Positions 37,900 through 50,268 of a DNA stretch of 64,000 nt are shown piece after piece. The position numbers were made by a program, and so were the translations under genes. Position 1 is the first letter of the stretch. Each line of letters begins with the position of its first letter. The stretch spans positions 60,326,001 to 60,390,000 of the forward strand of contig NC_042998.1 of NCBI RefSeq assembly GCF_006345805.1, given 5' to 3'. This DNA comes from Octopus sinensis (taxonomy: Eukaryota). The notes below the pieces were generated by a model that was given only the letters and a program-made list of their open reading frames with translations, was not told where the DNA came from and ran no database searches.

Positions 37900-38870
37900 T
37901 GATGAAAAATTCGTGGTATTTATAAGCACATCAAGAAATAATACTTGAGAATAAAACCAGTACAATATCAGGATATAAAATATACTACCTTAATTAGCCC
38001 TTACTTAAGTTAAAATTATAATTATAAAGGAACTACACGTGTTTCTGTATTGGAAGATCAGAATATATTTAATGATCATATTTATAATTCTACCAACACA
38101 TCTTCAGGTTCATGTTTCATTATATTTTTAGTTATTTTAAATCATCATAATACTTAAGCGTTAATTTAAAAATTAAGAAAATAAACTTTACAAAATTAAG
38201 AATTAAAAATTATAAATTATAAATATAAATTAGCATACATAAATATATCAAACTTAGAATCTCAAAGGTAGAATGTCCAATATAAAATCATAAAATTATT
38301 AGATTATAAATCAGAATGAAGAGTTCTGTGTTGAAATGTAAAAAATAAAGATACATATCCAGTTGTGAGAGGACAAGATGTCATTCAAAATGGTGGTTAG
38401 AGGAAATGAATATAGCAATGCACTATGGGAATTTATGGGTGGTTAGTTCTAAGGAATGTAATTCCACTAAACAAAGTTTAAATAAATTTTCTGCTTATAT
38501 TATTATATTCTATCCAACTATTTTGAGGGATATATATAATTTGTTATAATGTAATATTTTATATTTTATTTATTTATTTAATTATTTATATAATCTATTC
38601 TAGTACTGTAGAAATCAAAACTGTGTGGTGATGAGAATCAAGAGGAAGGGAGCGGTTCAGTATTTCGTTTTATTGGAAGTAAAATTACTTTGGTGTCTAC
38701 ATTTATTTCCTCTTCCTTCGTATGTGTTTAGTAATTTGTCTCTAGACTGTAATAGTTTCATAAATTCTGTTATACATAATAAGCACATTTTATTCCCAAT
38801 ATTATAAGAATGGACTCTACCTATTATACTCCGACTAAGGGAGTACTCACATTTTGTAGATCTCAATTCC
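37900..38870 (-). mobile_element. Penelope-like 3' fragment (GIY-YIG C-terminus, AT-rich UTR, HHR)
   Basis: YSLSRSIIGRVHSYNIGNKMCLLCITEFMKLLQSRDKLLN..GNKCRHQSNF (38657-38866). Confidence 0.78.
38030..38111 (-). ncRNA. Apparently intact type-I hammerhead at the 3' end of a PLE relic
   Basis: Minus: gaac CUGAAGA tgtgttgg...ccaataca GAAAC acgtgt A gttc. Helix I is 4 bp, helix II 8 bp with an atypical U-A closing pair. Confidence 0.78.
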
Positions 38871-38936
38871 CATATATATTTACTTAAACCTGTGGACTTA
38901 CTTAAAATGAGATTTTTGAAAGTTTATATATATATA

Positions 38937-39450
38937 TCGTGACGCATATTTGCCATTTGAATATAGCTAACCCCTAAGGGTGGATGCTACTGTAGTTTGT
39001 AGCCCCAGGAAGATATCTTCTCCAGCTGGCTATAGACACACTATCTGTGTCCTCTCAGTATTTGTGAAGGGGAGTCATCCTCCCCGTCTTCAACTCATGA
39101 TACACACGGACCCGAGTTTCAAGGTGTTTACCTTTCATCAGCGCGTGACAATCATGGTTGTCGACGAGAAGTCAGCTCCCTTCACAAATACATATACTTT
39201 TTCCAGTGTCGATTGACACCTTGAAACTCGGGTCTGTGTGTATCATGAGTTGAAGACGGGGAGGATGACTCCCCTTCACAAATACTGAGAGGACACAGAT
39301 AGTGTGTCTATAGCCAGCTGGAGGAGATATCTTCCTGGGGCTACAAACTACAGTAGCATCCATCCTTAGGGGTTAGCTATATCCAAATGGCAAATATGCG
39401 TCACGATGTGTTACCGCTACTGTTTATAACTCGCTCTGAGATTTATCATT
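38937..39450. mobile_element. Near-perfect foldback PLE-terminal-repeat element (about 190-bp arms, about 40-nt tail on right)
   Basis: atcgtgacgcatatttgccatttgaatatagctaacccctaagg... against ...ccttaggggttagctatatccaaatggcaaatatgcgtcacgat, with (AT)n on both sides. Confidence 0.92.
39103..39147 (-). ncRNA. Apparently intact compact type-I hammerhead
   Basis: Minus: cacgcg CUGAUGA aaggt-aaac-acctt GAAAC tcgg GUC cgtgtg. Helix I is 6 bp, helix II 5 bp, GUC cleavage triplet. Confidence 0.85.
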
Positions 39451-39625
39451 ATATATATATAGATATATATATATTTCGTTTTTGGATTTGGTTTGCAAGA
39501 TTCTTTATATGAGTTTGTGTGTTGAAGCATATTCCGTTGTGTCTGAGGAGAGTCATTCTCTTTTAGTTCCTTATTATTTAACACACTCACCGGTAAAATT
39601 TCCACTTATTTTTTATTTTTATTTT

Positions 39626-39662
39626 CTAAAATTTTCGTTGCGTGTTGCAACCTTTTCAATAG
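39626..39662 (-). ncRNA. Candidate hammerhead variant with U3-A8 core (identical mirror copy at 43968-44004, +)
   Basis: cta UUGAAAA g gttgc-aacac-gcaac GAAA att U tag. Helix II is a perfect 5 bp; helix I is only 3 bp. Confidence 0.45.
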
Positions 39663-40278
39663 TCTTGACTTATTTACACTGCCTTCCCTTTTGTTTGTTT
39701 GTGCGCATGTGTGTGGGTCAGTGGGCCAGTATGTGTGTGTGCGCCTATACATGCATGCATGTACGTATGTATGTGTGTATGTGTGTGTGAGCATGTGTTT
39801 GTATATGTATGCATCTCTGTCTCCTTGTGTGTGCATGTCTGTGTGTGTGTGTGTTATGTAACTATGTACCGTGTTTGTATGTATGGATGTGTATCTTTAT
39901 ATGTGTGGAACCGTGTCTCCATATGTGTCTGTTCATATAGTCTATATACCTATCCGTCTGTATATTGATCTGTTTATTTACATATCTAAATGCTTACATA
40001 CAGAAATAAAAAATAAAAAATAAAAAATATTTTAAAATATTTAAAAATATTTTAAAAAATTAAAAACATTAAAATTTAAAATATATAAAAAATAACAAAA
40101 AAATAACAAAAAAGGCATACACACACCAACATACATACATACATACATACATACATACATACATACATACATACATACATACAATACATACATACATACA
40201 TACATACATTTATCTACCTGACAGTCCACTAACTATTCTACTCTACCTGTGTAAACTGTGGGTATAGAGGTATGGTAT

Positions 40279-43200
40279 TTATTGTGTATATTTCCTATTT
40301 AATATTGGGGAGGTTTCATTTATAAGGACGTACTCCCGTATTTGTCTGAGTGTTGGGTCTTTTGGGTGCTTGGATAAGATGCGGATGTCAAGTTGACCTA
40401 AGTTACCTCCATGGTGGTCTTTGACATGTTGGTAGAGTATGGAGGACTGTTTTCTGTCGTCATATTGTCTTAGATGTTCATTTATCCGTTCCGCAATGCT
40501 CCTTGACGTCTCCCCTATGTACACCACGTTCATGTCCTTACAAGCACCTTCTATGCATCTTATGCTGTAAACTACATTTTGAGTTCTACAGTTAATACCA
40601 GGGCTAATTCTACATACCATGCAGTTATCATTTGTGCATATGGTATTCTTAAACGGGTACGTCCTACATAGTTGTGATCTGACGGAGTTCCCTGGCTTTT
40701 CAACAATTTTAATGTTGAGTTTGGTCTCCTTCAGAGCTTTTCTAAATCTACGGGCTAGTTCTCCATGGGCTGTAGCCTCTACAAACATCACTCCTTGATA
40801 TTTGTCGGTTTTATACCACGTGTTCGCCCTGTTTGCTTTGTCACAAGTTCTTTGTATTCTATTCCATTCCTTGTTTCTATATCTAGGGCAGGTACCACTG
40901 GTATCATTACGTATAATGTTATCTAATTTCTTTCTAGCCCCCCTGTATACACGAACCCTATCTTTCTGATCATATCCAGAGAACTGCATGCGCTGTGTGA
41001 TGTTCTGTATACGTTTCTTCATTTCATAGGGTTCGCATAGTGGGGACACATTGTTCATTATTCTAACTAGGTCTGGTACTAGTATGTTAATTTTCATGTT
41101 GTATGACAAAGCTGAGTTCTTGTGAACAACATATTTTGAAGTTACAGGTTTGATGTAAAAAGAGTGGAGGAGCTGCACTCTATTGTTCACAGTCACTAAC
41201 CAAAGTTCAGTATCAAGTACAGGGAGTCTATTGTTAGGGTTCTTAGTGAGGTAATCTATAGTTACCTTGATACTTTGGTGAATGGAGTTAGCTATTTGCT
41301 GGATGCTCTCCATTACGTTCTTCTCAGTCTCTACATTACCGTCACTAGAGTTGGTTCTAACTATTATATTTATGTCATCTACATATCTACTGTAGAGTAG
41401 AAGAGTTGTGGACTGTTCTGCTAACATTTGTTTAAATTTTCTGTCCCACCAGGTCATGAAGAGGCCAGCAACATCTCCAGCTATACCTACACCAATGGCT
41501 GCACCTTGAACCTGCATGTATAGTTTTTTATTAAACTTTACTATGTGTTTTTTCAAGGTTGTTTTTTACGTTGGCCCCTATTGCATATGCAATCATTTCC
41601 CTCACCTGATTGTTGTTCTCAGGGTTTTGGGTGGGTGCGGTCTATCCACTCCAGCGCTCTGTGGTGCTTTTCTTCACTGCTGAAGTGATGGTGGGTGGTC
41701 TACCTCTTTGTGACCTGGTGGGGCAGAATTTACTAATGTCATGGTCGTCTAAATATTTATTGTCGTAGCATAGTCTGAGGAGGAGACCCAGTTCCCTGGT
41801 GTTGAACTTACGGAATTCCACTTCACTTTCACAGATTGCTTGAATGCATTTCTCCACAGCAAAATCTATGTCTATAGATGGGTAGAGTGAAATTACATCC
41901 ATACTACCCACTATACAACCTGTGAGGTCGTTGGTGTGGTTGCAAGTACTGATATTACTGAGGAGATCTTCCATACTCATACAGACATCCGGAGACATCT
42001 CTATGAGAGGTCGCAATACCTGTGAGACGAAATAGGACAGTCTATAGTTGCTGGAGATGTTCGCTCTGCAAACTGGTCTGGTTGAGGGCCCTGCGACAGG
42101 GTTTATGTAGGGTTTGTGGTCTTTGCGTAACCCGTATAGTGTAGGAACATCATTGTTGGATGCCTGGAAATTGTGTGCTGTTCTTTTTGTAGGTTGGAGT
42201 ATGTTGCACCACATTTCCATGTGTGCATTGAGGAGTTTTTCTACTCTTTCATGTTCTTGTGGTGCAACTTCTCTCATGCTACTGATATGTTGTTTCATGA
42301 TCTGGACATAGTTCTGTGGGCTATCTATTGATAGTCTGCCAGACTTGTCCGTAGGAAGGCACACTAATTCTCTGTTCTTAATTCGCTGTTTCAGTTTTTG
42401 TAGGCCTTTGTCAACAGATGAACTGGGTTGGTGGGACCCTTCCTCACTATGTTTTTTAGTGGATTTGTTGTATTGATCTAAGATGTGTCGGAGTCTCTTT
42501 CTAGCTAAGGAGATATTTGCTTCTGTTTCACTGTCAATTTGGGGTGTGATACATACCCTTTTGTTAAAGGGTAGGTCTGTGGGATAGATCCTCGTCATGT
42601 CATAAGATTTGTTGTTAGGGTTATAGAAGACAGAGTGTAGAGTGATATTATCGTTGTGGCTAATATAGTTGCCGGTATTGTTGTTGTTGGTGGTGGTGGT
42701 GGTGGTGGTGGTAGCGCTTGTGTTGTGCCTATTGTTATTGTTATGGGTGACGTTGTTGGTAGTGGTGTGAATGATGTGGTTGTTGTCGTTATCTGTGTGT
42801 GGGATGTTGTTTTGATTTCGTATGTTTATTTTGTTGTTATATTGTTCTAACCTCCAATTTCAGACAATCAATTTTTTTTTAGCTTTTTATATGTGGCGAA
42901 TTTTGGTGGTAACTCTAAAGCATACATTTCATCTCTATCTAGCTGTACTGCACCGTATATTCCAGAGGTATATTTGTTCTTGATGGTGGTATTGTTTTCC
43001 AGTGTCCTGGCGTCGAAATCCTCTGGTAGTTTACATTCTGACATGATAATCCCGTCGATGTTGTTTGGGTATCTGTATTGATTCCTACCATGCTGAGATT
43101 GTTGTTGTTGCTGTTTCATCCTCTTGAGTTTATTGTTTAAGTGTTTGTTACAGGCATGGTTCACTCGGCGGTATTCTTGTTAGCTGTTTGTCATGAATGT

Positions 43201-43300
43201 GTCTCTTTCGTGCGGAGTAGTGGTGTTTTTTAGTTCATACAGTAGGACTCTCTTTGGTATTGGTTGATCTTTTTGTATGTTTTCCTTCTGATGTTTTGTA
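40279..43300 (-). pseudogene. PLE RT + GIY-YIG endonuclease ORF with a few disruptions
   Basis: LPTDKSGRLSI, LYGLRKDHK, STRPVC, GSMDVISLYPSI, QVQGAAIG, YSRYVDDI, LHSFYIKP, CRTQNVVYSIRC..YIGETSRSIAERINEH..LRQIREYVLI..PILNRK. There is an in-frame TAG at about 41642, and frameshifts in A-runs at about 41555 and 42865. Confidence 0.93.
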
Positions 43301-44094
43301 ACATCGTGTGTTTCAGCTTTCTCCCTTGATGTTCTGTGAGTCCTAACCGCTTGACAGCTGAATTGATAGATTTTGTGTATAGCTTGGAGGAGATGGATGT
43401 TTTAATGAAGTCGAGCTCTTGAGTTTTTGTTATTTTTTGTTATTTTTTTATATTTTTAATATATTTTTTTATTTTTTTATTTTTTATATTTTTTATATTT
43501 TTTATTTTTTATTTTTTATATCTGTATGTAAGCATTTAGATATGTAAATAAACATATCAATATACAGACGGATAGGTATATAGACTATATGAACAGACAC
43601 ATATGGAGACACGGATCCACACATATAAAGATACACATCCATACATACAAACACGGTACATAGTTACATAATATACACACACACAGACATGCACACACAA
43701 GGAAACAGAGGTGCATACATATACAAACACATGCTCACACACACATTCATAGAAAATACACAAACACGGACAGGCAAGCACATAGATATGCAGGATATGT
43801 ACATACAGATGCACACACATACATACATATGTATACACACACATATATACATACATATACATGCAAACATACACACACACATACATACATACGTACATGC
43901 ATGCATGTATAGGCGCACACACACATACTGACCCACTGACCCACTGACCCACACAAATAAGTCAAGACTATTGAAAAGGTTGCAACACGCAACGAAAATT
44001 TTAGAAAATAAAAATAAAAAATAAGTGGAAATTTTACCGGTGAGTGTGTTAAATAATAGGCACTAAAAGAGAATGACTCTCCTCAGACACAACA

Positions 44095-44181
<87 letters not shown>

Positions 44182-44231
44182 TATATATATGTATGTATAT
44201 ATATATATATATTATATATATATATACATAC

Positions 44232-44264
<33 letters not shown>

Positions 44265-44319
44265 TGTATGTATGTATGTATGTGTATGTATGTGTATATG
44301 TTTGTGTGTGTTTGTCCCT

Positions 44320-44505
44320 ACAACATCGCTTGACAACCGATGCTGGTGTGTTTACATCCCCGTAACTTAGCGATTTAGCAAAAGAGATCGATAGAATAAG
44401 TACTAATCTTACAAATAATAAGTCCTGTGGTCGGCTTTTTCGACTAAAGGCGGTGCTGCAGCATGGCCGCAATGAAATGACTGAATCAAGTAAAAGATTA
44501 AAAGA
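44320..44505 (+). mobile_element. Octopod SINE 3' half
   Basis: catcgcttgacaaccgatgctggtgtgtttac...gactgaatcaagtaaaaga, matching 48770-48960. Confidence 0.85.
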
Positions 44506-44529
44506 ATATACATATTGTGATTGTCTACT

Positions 44530-47500
44530 CCTTACACAGAGTTTGATCACTTCTTGTACCTACACCTTAGTACCATCATGGCATCTGATGTGGCTTTTTA
44601 AACCAGACAATGTTCTGAAAAGACACCCACATAGATTGCATATCCAATTTGGACTACCAATGCCTGAAGATAAGTTCTGCTCTTTGTGGATCTTAACATG
44701 TCATTTGAGGCCTCCGTTGGATTTGCAAACCTGGCATACACTGCATTCAAAGGTGTGCACATACATATAGTCAGAACAGTTGGTAGAGGTTCGTTTTCCA
44801 TGCGTTCGCAGATGAGATTTGAAGCTAGCCAAATGCAGGCATGTTCTGCCACTAACTGTGCACACAAAAAGGTCATTGTCATTCACCTTCTCGATCGTTA
44901 CATACTTCCTTAGATCTTTGAGTCTTACTTGCGTTATCCCGGCCTCTTCAAATGTTTTTACTGCACTCCACACCTTTGTTCGCCATCCAACTCGATCCGA
45001 AGCAAGGGTTTCTATATCTTCGGGAACCATTCCAAGTGACTTCATTGTAGTCCTTATGCCGTCTTTAAACGTTTTTTAGGTTTATGCCGGTAGCGTTTCC
45101 TCTCTGCAAGCCTCACCATAAAACAGCTGTTTCGGCATGCATTCATCTGCCATTCAAACAATATGGCCACACCATCTCAATTAGTTCCTCAAAATCATAG
45201 CTTTGGTTGAGGTGATGCTTGCAAATGCAAGGACATCTGTGTTTGGAGTAAAAGAACTCCATTTGATTTTTTAAATGCGATGAAGGCATTTTTGGTGGAA
45301 TTGTTCTAACAATTTAAAATACCTTTCATAACAAGTCCAGGAATACAACAGGGTTGGTATAACAAAGGATTTGTAAAGAGCCAGCTTTGTATTCTTATTT
45401 ATATGTCGTTGGCACCAAACGCGGGACTCCAAGCCACCAAATGCTTTTGCTGCTTTTTGAATTCGCAGCTGTGTTTCTGTATCAAGATTTCCACCATTTT
45501 CAACAGAGCTTCCAAGATAGACAAATGAATCGACAACCTCATGTAACTTTCCCGTAACAAAAATTTTAGGGAGGTTACTAACAGCATCATACGCAGGTTG
45601 ATGCATTACAACTGGGTTTTTTTTTTTTTCAAGTTGATGGTCAAGCCAAAATCATCACAAGCTGAGTCAAATGCAGATACAAGAGATTGCAGACCTGTTT
45701 CAGAATGAGTGACAAGATTGCAATTGTCAGCATACAAAAGTTCCCTAATGGGTGAAGTAAAAACCTTCGTTTTGAATTTCAGTCTGGTCAGATTAAAAAC
45801 ATTCCCAGTTGTTCGATATTTTATGTAAATACTCTCCTCAAAGTTTTGAAAAGACCGTGACAACACAACAGCAAAGTACATTGCAAAGATGGTGGGTGCA
45901 TCAAGGTCTCCTTGCTTTACTCCATTTTCCACAGCAAAAGATTCAGAGAGCCTACCACCAAAATTAACTCTAGCTTTCATATCTTGATGCAAAGTCCTGA
46001 CCATGTTCACAAATTTTTCTGGGCAACCTATTTTCCTTAGAATTAGCCACAGAGCATTTCGATTAGCAGTATCGAATTCTTTGCTCAAATCAACAAACAA
46101 TGGTATAGAGCAAGATTCTGTTCAATGCACTTTTCTTGTAATTGTCTGATAGTAACGATATAATCAGCTGTGCTCCTGGAGGAACGAAATCCACACTGAG
46201 ACTCAGACACTATATGTGGAAGTATGAAGGTATTTAAACGTTCTAACAAAATGCGGGCAAGTACCTTTCCAACCACAGACAAAAGCAAAATTCCACGAAA
46301 ATTACCGCACCGATTCTTTGGCCCCGATTTATACAAGGAGACTAAAATAGCATCAATCCAGTCTTGAGCACTTTCTCAGTTCTCCAACAGTGACAAATCA
46401 ATATATTTAAGAATTCAAACATTTTGTAACTCCCATATTTCAAGACTTCTGCACAAATTCCATCAGACCCTGGAAACTTATTGTTATTCAGCTTATTCAC
46501 AGCTAAATAAATGTCATTTAGACTTGGTTCAAATGCCATATGTTCTATAACTGAAAGGTGTTCAATTTTTACTATTGTCCTCATGTTCAACGGATGATGG
46601 TCTATTCAAAAGTGCAGAGAAATGTTCTACCCAACGCTTATGAATAGAAACGGTGTCAGTCAGAAGAAAACATCCATTTGCTGTTCTCACTGGAGCTATT
46701 GAGGAAGATTTTGAGCCATATATCGCCTTAACATAAGAGTACAAACCCTTGATAATTTAAAGTTTGTAACATTTAAATTTTGGGGTACCTTAAGGACTAG
46801 ACTGTCGATTTTTAGGCATTATCGAAAAAATCTATTTTTCCACGCACTAGATGATGGTCAATCCAGGTCTCTGCCCCTCTCATGGCCCGAACGCTAGAAA
46901 CGTCTTTCTTATAACGTTTCCTGATCAAAATATAATCTATGAGATGCTTAGACCTTGGGTGCATCCAGGTGGTTTTTTTTTTTTTTCTGCTTATACAGAG
47001 TGTTGGTGACAACCAGATTGTTCTCAGTACAAAACGCCAAAAGAGCTACTCCATTTTTATTGTATTTTCCAATCCCAGGTCGACCTAAAACAGGCCATGA
47101 AACATAGTCCTTTCCAACTCTTGCATTGAAATCTCCCAATATGACCAGCTTGTCAGAAATTGGTACTTTCCTCAATAATCTTGCCAAATCGTCATAAAAC
47201 TGTCCTAGATCGTCATAACTCTGTCCTAGATCGTCATAAAACTGTCCATCAGAATGGGACATTGTTGGTGCATAAATACTGACAACGGTAAGAAACCTAC
47301 CTTTTGTCAGTTTAATACGGCATGACATGATCCGTTCAGATATACCACTTGGAAGCTCTGCAATGGCGGATACTAATGTATTCTTGAGAATAAATCCAAC
47401 ACCAGATTCTCTACGCTGACCCTTAGGTAGGCCTCTCCAAAAGCTAGTATATCCATAAGTAGGGTCATTTACTTGATCCTCCCCAGAGAGATGAGTTTCA

Positions 47501-48340
47501 GAGAGCGCAACTATATCAAGGGAATATTTCTCGAGCTCACATGCAATAAGTGCAGTACGCTTTTCTGGTCTCTTTTTGAAATTATCATCAAGAAGTGTGC
47601 GCACATTCCAACAGTCAAAATTCAAAGGATGTTTATTTTTACTTTTTCTTGAAGATTCTTTGACCACAGTGGCAGGATGATGGCCGGGCCGAACCTGTGA
47701 TACACTGGAACACCTGCCGTGCCAGATCTGTTCCCCTGACATTCCCTGGACTTTTTGCCATTTACTGAATCTGTTTGAGACATTTTAGAGTAAGTTAGAA
47801 GTGAATTTTTAGGTTTCTGCCAACCAACCAATTGAATGATTTTACTAAGATTTGGAGTACAGGAAGTACCTGTGCAGATGAATAATTTTCAGTGGGTGTA
47901 GCTTGCACTGTACTACCCCTACCTATGGGCCCAAGAAAACTTTCGCCGGTGTGACATGAAAATTGACAAAACCATGAACTTCCAAGGCCTCAGGTTTTAT
48001 TTCGAAGATTTCCTTCTCTTAAGTAGATTACCAACTAAGGTTAAAGAGCTTCTACCTGCCCAGGAGGTAAGCTATGCATTCTAGACACCAAACCGTAACT
48101 CAGACCCTCTATAAAGTGATCAAATATAATTCAGGTGACCGACGCTCTTGAGTGCTGCTAGTAACATGTAATCCAGTACAACCTGTCGCATGGTCGGGTC
48201 GTCGGCGACTAAACTGGCAACCCCACCAGGCTTGCTTTGTGAGGAGGATGCTGTTGGACACCCTGTGGGACGAATAATAAGACCTGTCAAAGGGCGGATG
48301 AACTCCTGAACAGTCAACGGCCATCCAACAAAAGGTCTGT
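44530..48340 (-). mobile_element. RTE-clade LINE, near full length but decayed (5' UTR, APE, RT, C-terminal C2H2 fingers)
   Basis: LNFDCWNVRTLLD, IVALSETHL, GDFNARVGKD, NFRGILLLSVVGKVLARI, ESQCGFRSSRST, FVDLSKEFD, GVKQGDLDAPTIF, LLYADNC, YLGS, LEQFHQKCL. The 5' UTR-like segment is 47742-48340. Confidence 0.93.
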
Positions 48341-48541
48341 AAATATGTATATATCTTTTTTATGTGTATATATGTATAATTTTACTTTATATATTTATTA
48401 TTATTTATTTTCTTTCAATTTCATATCTTTTACTTTTCTTTATACAATATTATTTATATGTAATTCTTATTCACACATCGTACCTTTTTTTATTTTTTAT
48501 GTTTATATATATATACAGGAGTATATATATATATATATATA

Positions 48542-48960
48542 GGCACAGGAGTAGCTGTGTGGTAAGTAGCTCGGTAACCAACCACATAGTTCCGGGTTCA
48601 GTCCCACTGCGTGGCATCTTGGGCAAGTGTCTTCTGCTATAGCCCCGGGCCGACCAATGCCTTGTGAGTGGATTTGGTAGACAGAAACTGAAAGAAGCCT
48701 GTTGTATATATGTATATATATGTGTGTGTGTGTGTGTATGTGTTTGTTTGTCTGTGTTTTTCCACCTAGCATCGCTTGACAACCGATGCTGGTGTGTTTG
48801 CGTCCCCGTCACTTAGCGGTTCGGCAGAAGAGACCGATAGAATAAGTATTGGGCTTACAAAGAATAAGTCCTGGGGTAGATTTGCTCGACTAAAGGCGGT
48901 GCTCCAGCATGGCCACAGTCAAAGGACTGAAACAAGTAAAAGAGTAAAAGAGTAAAAGAG
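48542..48960 (+). mobile_element. Full-length octopod tRNA-derived SINE with (GTAAAAGA)n tail
   Basis: A box tagctgtgtggta and B box gggttcagtccc, internal (TG)n, tail aagtaaaagagtaaaagagtaaaagag. Confidence 0.93.
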
Positions 48961-48975
48961 TATACCATTTTTTTA

Positions 48976-49067
<92 letters not shown>

Positions 49068-49336
49068 TTATTGCATATATTATACATTTTTATATTTATA
49101 TATAATTCTTATTTACATTTGCAAATCATATATGTACCTTTCTTTCTTTATGAATAAATATATATATATTATATATATAAAGGGCATTATTACTCATAAA
49201 TGCCACACGCTAGGAGGGACTCTTACAGTCAAAACTACTAAAATAAATAAACACATCGGGGTTTATTAATAAATTATAAATTATTATTTCTTAATTAAAT
49301 GATAATTTATTGATTACCTCTCTATTTTCTCGTCTT

Positions 49337-49429
<93 letters not shown>

Positions 49430-49430
<1 letters not shown>

Positions 49431-50019
49431 CGAAGATGTATTTGCATGTCAAGTGACCTGGTCTGAAATCGTGTGAAGGATCGAAAACCATTGCAGCGTG
49501 GAAGGTGTTTATAAGCCATTTAAGAAACACAAAAACCGTTAGATTCACTTCAACATTTAAATTGAATTTGACAAAATATGTTCGTCGCTTTGAGACCGCG
49601 ACCTGTTCACTGACAAAATTCCGTGCTGCATCTGAGAAAGTAACAGTTAGTTCATGATGTATATGTACGTATGTATGTGTGTGTATGTATGTATGTATGT
49701 ATGTATGTATGTATACATACACACACACATACGTACATATATACACACACACACATATATGTATGTGCACATACATAAATACATACAAATATACGTACAT
49801 ACATATATATACATACACATACACACACACATACATATGTACATATATATCATGAACTAACTGCTACCTTCTCAGATGCAGCATTAAATTTTGTCAGTGA
49901 ACAGGTCGCGGTTTCAAAGCGACGAACATGTTTTGGCAAATTAAATTTAAATGTTGAATTGAATCTAACCGTTTTTGTGTTTCTTAAATGGCTTATAAAC
50001 ACCTTCCACGCTGCAATTG

Positions 50020-50022
<3 letters not shown>
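49430..50022. mobile_element. Foldback element (about 180-bp arms, microsatellite spacer, tail on left) carrying a G3-C8 hammerhead-like motif in each arm
   Basis: Arms about 49488-49670 and 49840-50022 are reverse complements. Confidence 0.88.
49890..49940 (+). ncRNA. Candidate hammerhead variant with G3-C8 core (mirror copy at 49567-49617, -)
   Basis: tttgtca GUGAACA g gtcgc-ggtttcaaa-gcgac GAAC atgtt U tggcaaa. Helix I is 7 bp, helix II 5 bp. These copies read GAAC, while the 24.7-kb copy reads GAAAauauu. Confidence 0.55.
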
Positions 50023-50057
<35 letters not shown>

Positions 50058-50093
50058 CTCTCCTTATTTCTCTCCGTGTTTCTTTTCTGTATA

Positions 50094-50131
50094 TCTTTCT
50101 GTTGAAGAGCGTAGGCTCGAAACATAAAAGA
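50094..50131 (+). ncRNA. Degenerate minimal hammerhead in short element 50055-50230 (related to 2741-2915)
   Basis: tcttt CUGUUGA a gagc-gtag-gctc GAAAC au A aaaga. Helices I and II are perfect, with two substitutions from the canonical motif (A6 and 16.2). Confidence 0.55.
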
Positions 50132-50228
50132 CTTGTTTTATTTATATTCCTGAGCGCCATACTAATACAATTGTTTGTTTGTACTCCACCTGCCTTCGTC
50201 TTTTGTTTATTTTCATAAAGCTTCCCGT

Positions 50229-50268
<40 letters not shown>

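Larger units (their letters stand above)
39475..44093 (-). mobile_element. Near-complete Penelope-like retroelement with long inverted terminal repeats
   Basis: Repeats 39536-40113 and 43424-44093 are reverse complements. A tail of about 60 nt (39475-39535) is on the 3' copy only. (AT)n lies on both flanks. RT and GIY-YIG lie between the repeats. Confidence 0.93.

Noticed and set aside
39543-39595. CUGAGGA-gagt...actc-ACCGGUA hammerhead-like motif in the large PLE repeats
   Set aside because: It lacks GAA in both copies, helix I does not pair, and it is antisense to the ORF in the 3' repeat.
47960-48340. Possible HDV-like ribozyme in the RTE 5' UTR
   Set aside because: Such ribozymes are known in some RTE 5' ends, but I could not assemble the nested double pseudoknot by eye. 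A descriptor or covariance-model search would be needed.
48542-48620. tRNA-like A and B boxes here and at 3213, 24958, 35360 and 36862
   Set aside because: These are SINE heads continuing into SINE bodies, with no cloverleaf or acceptor stem. Not tRNA genes.
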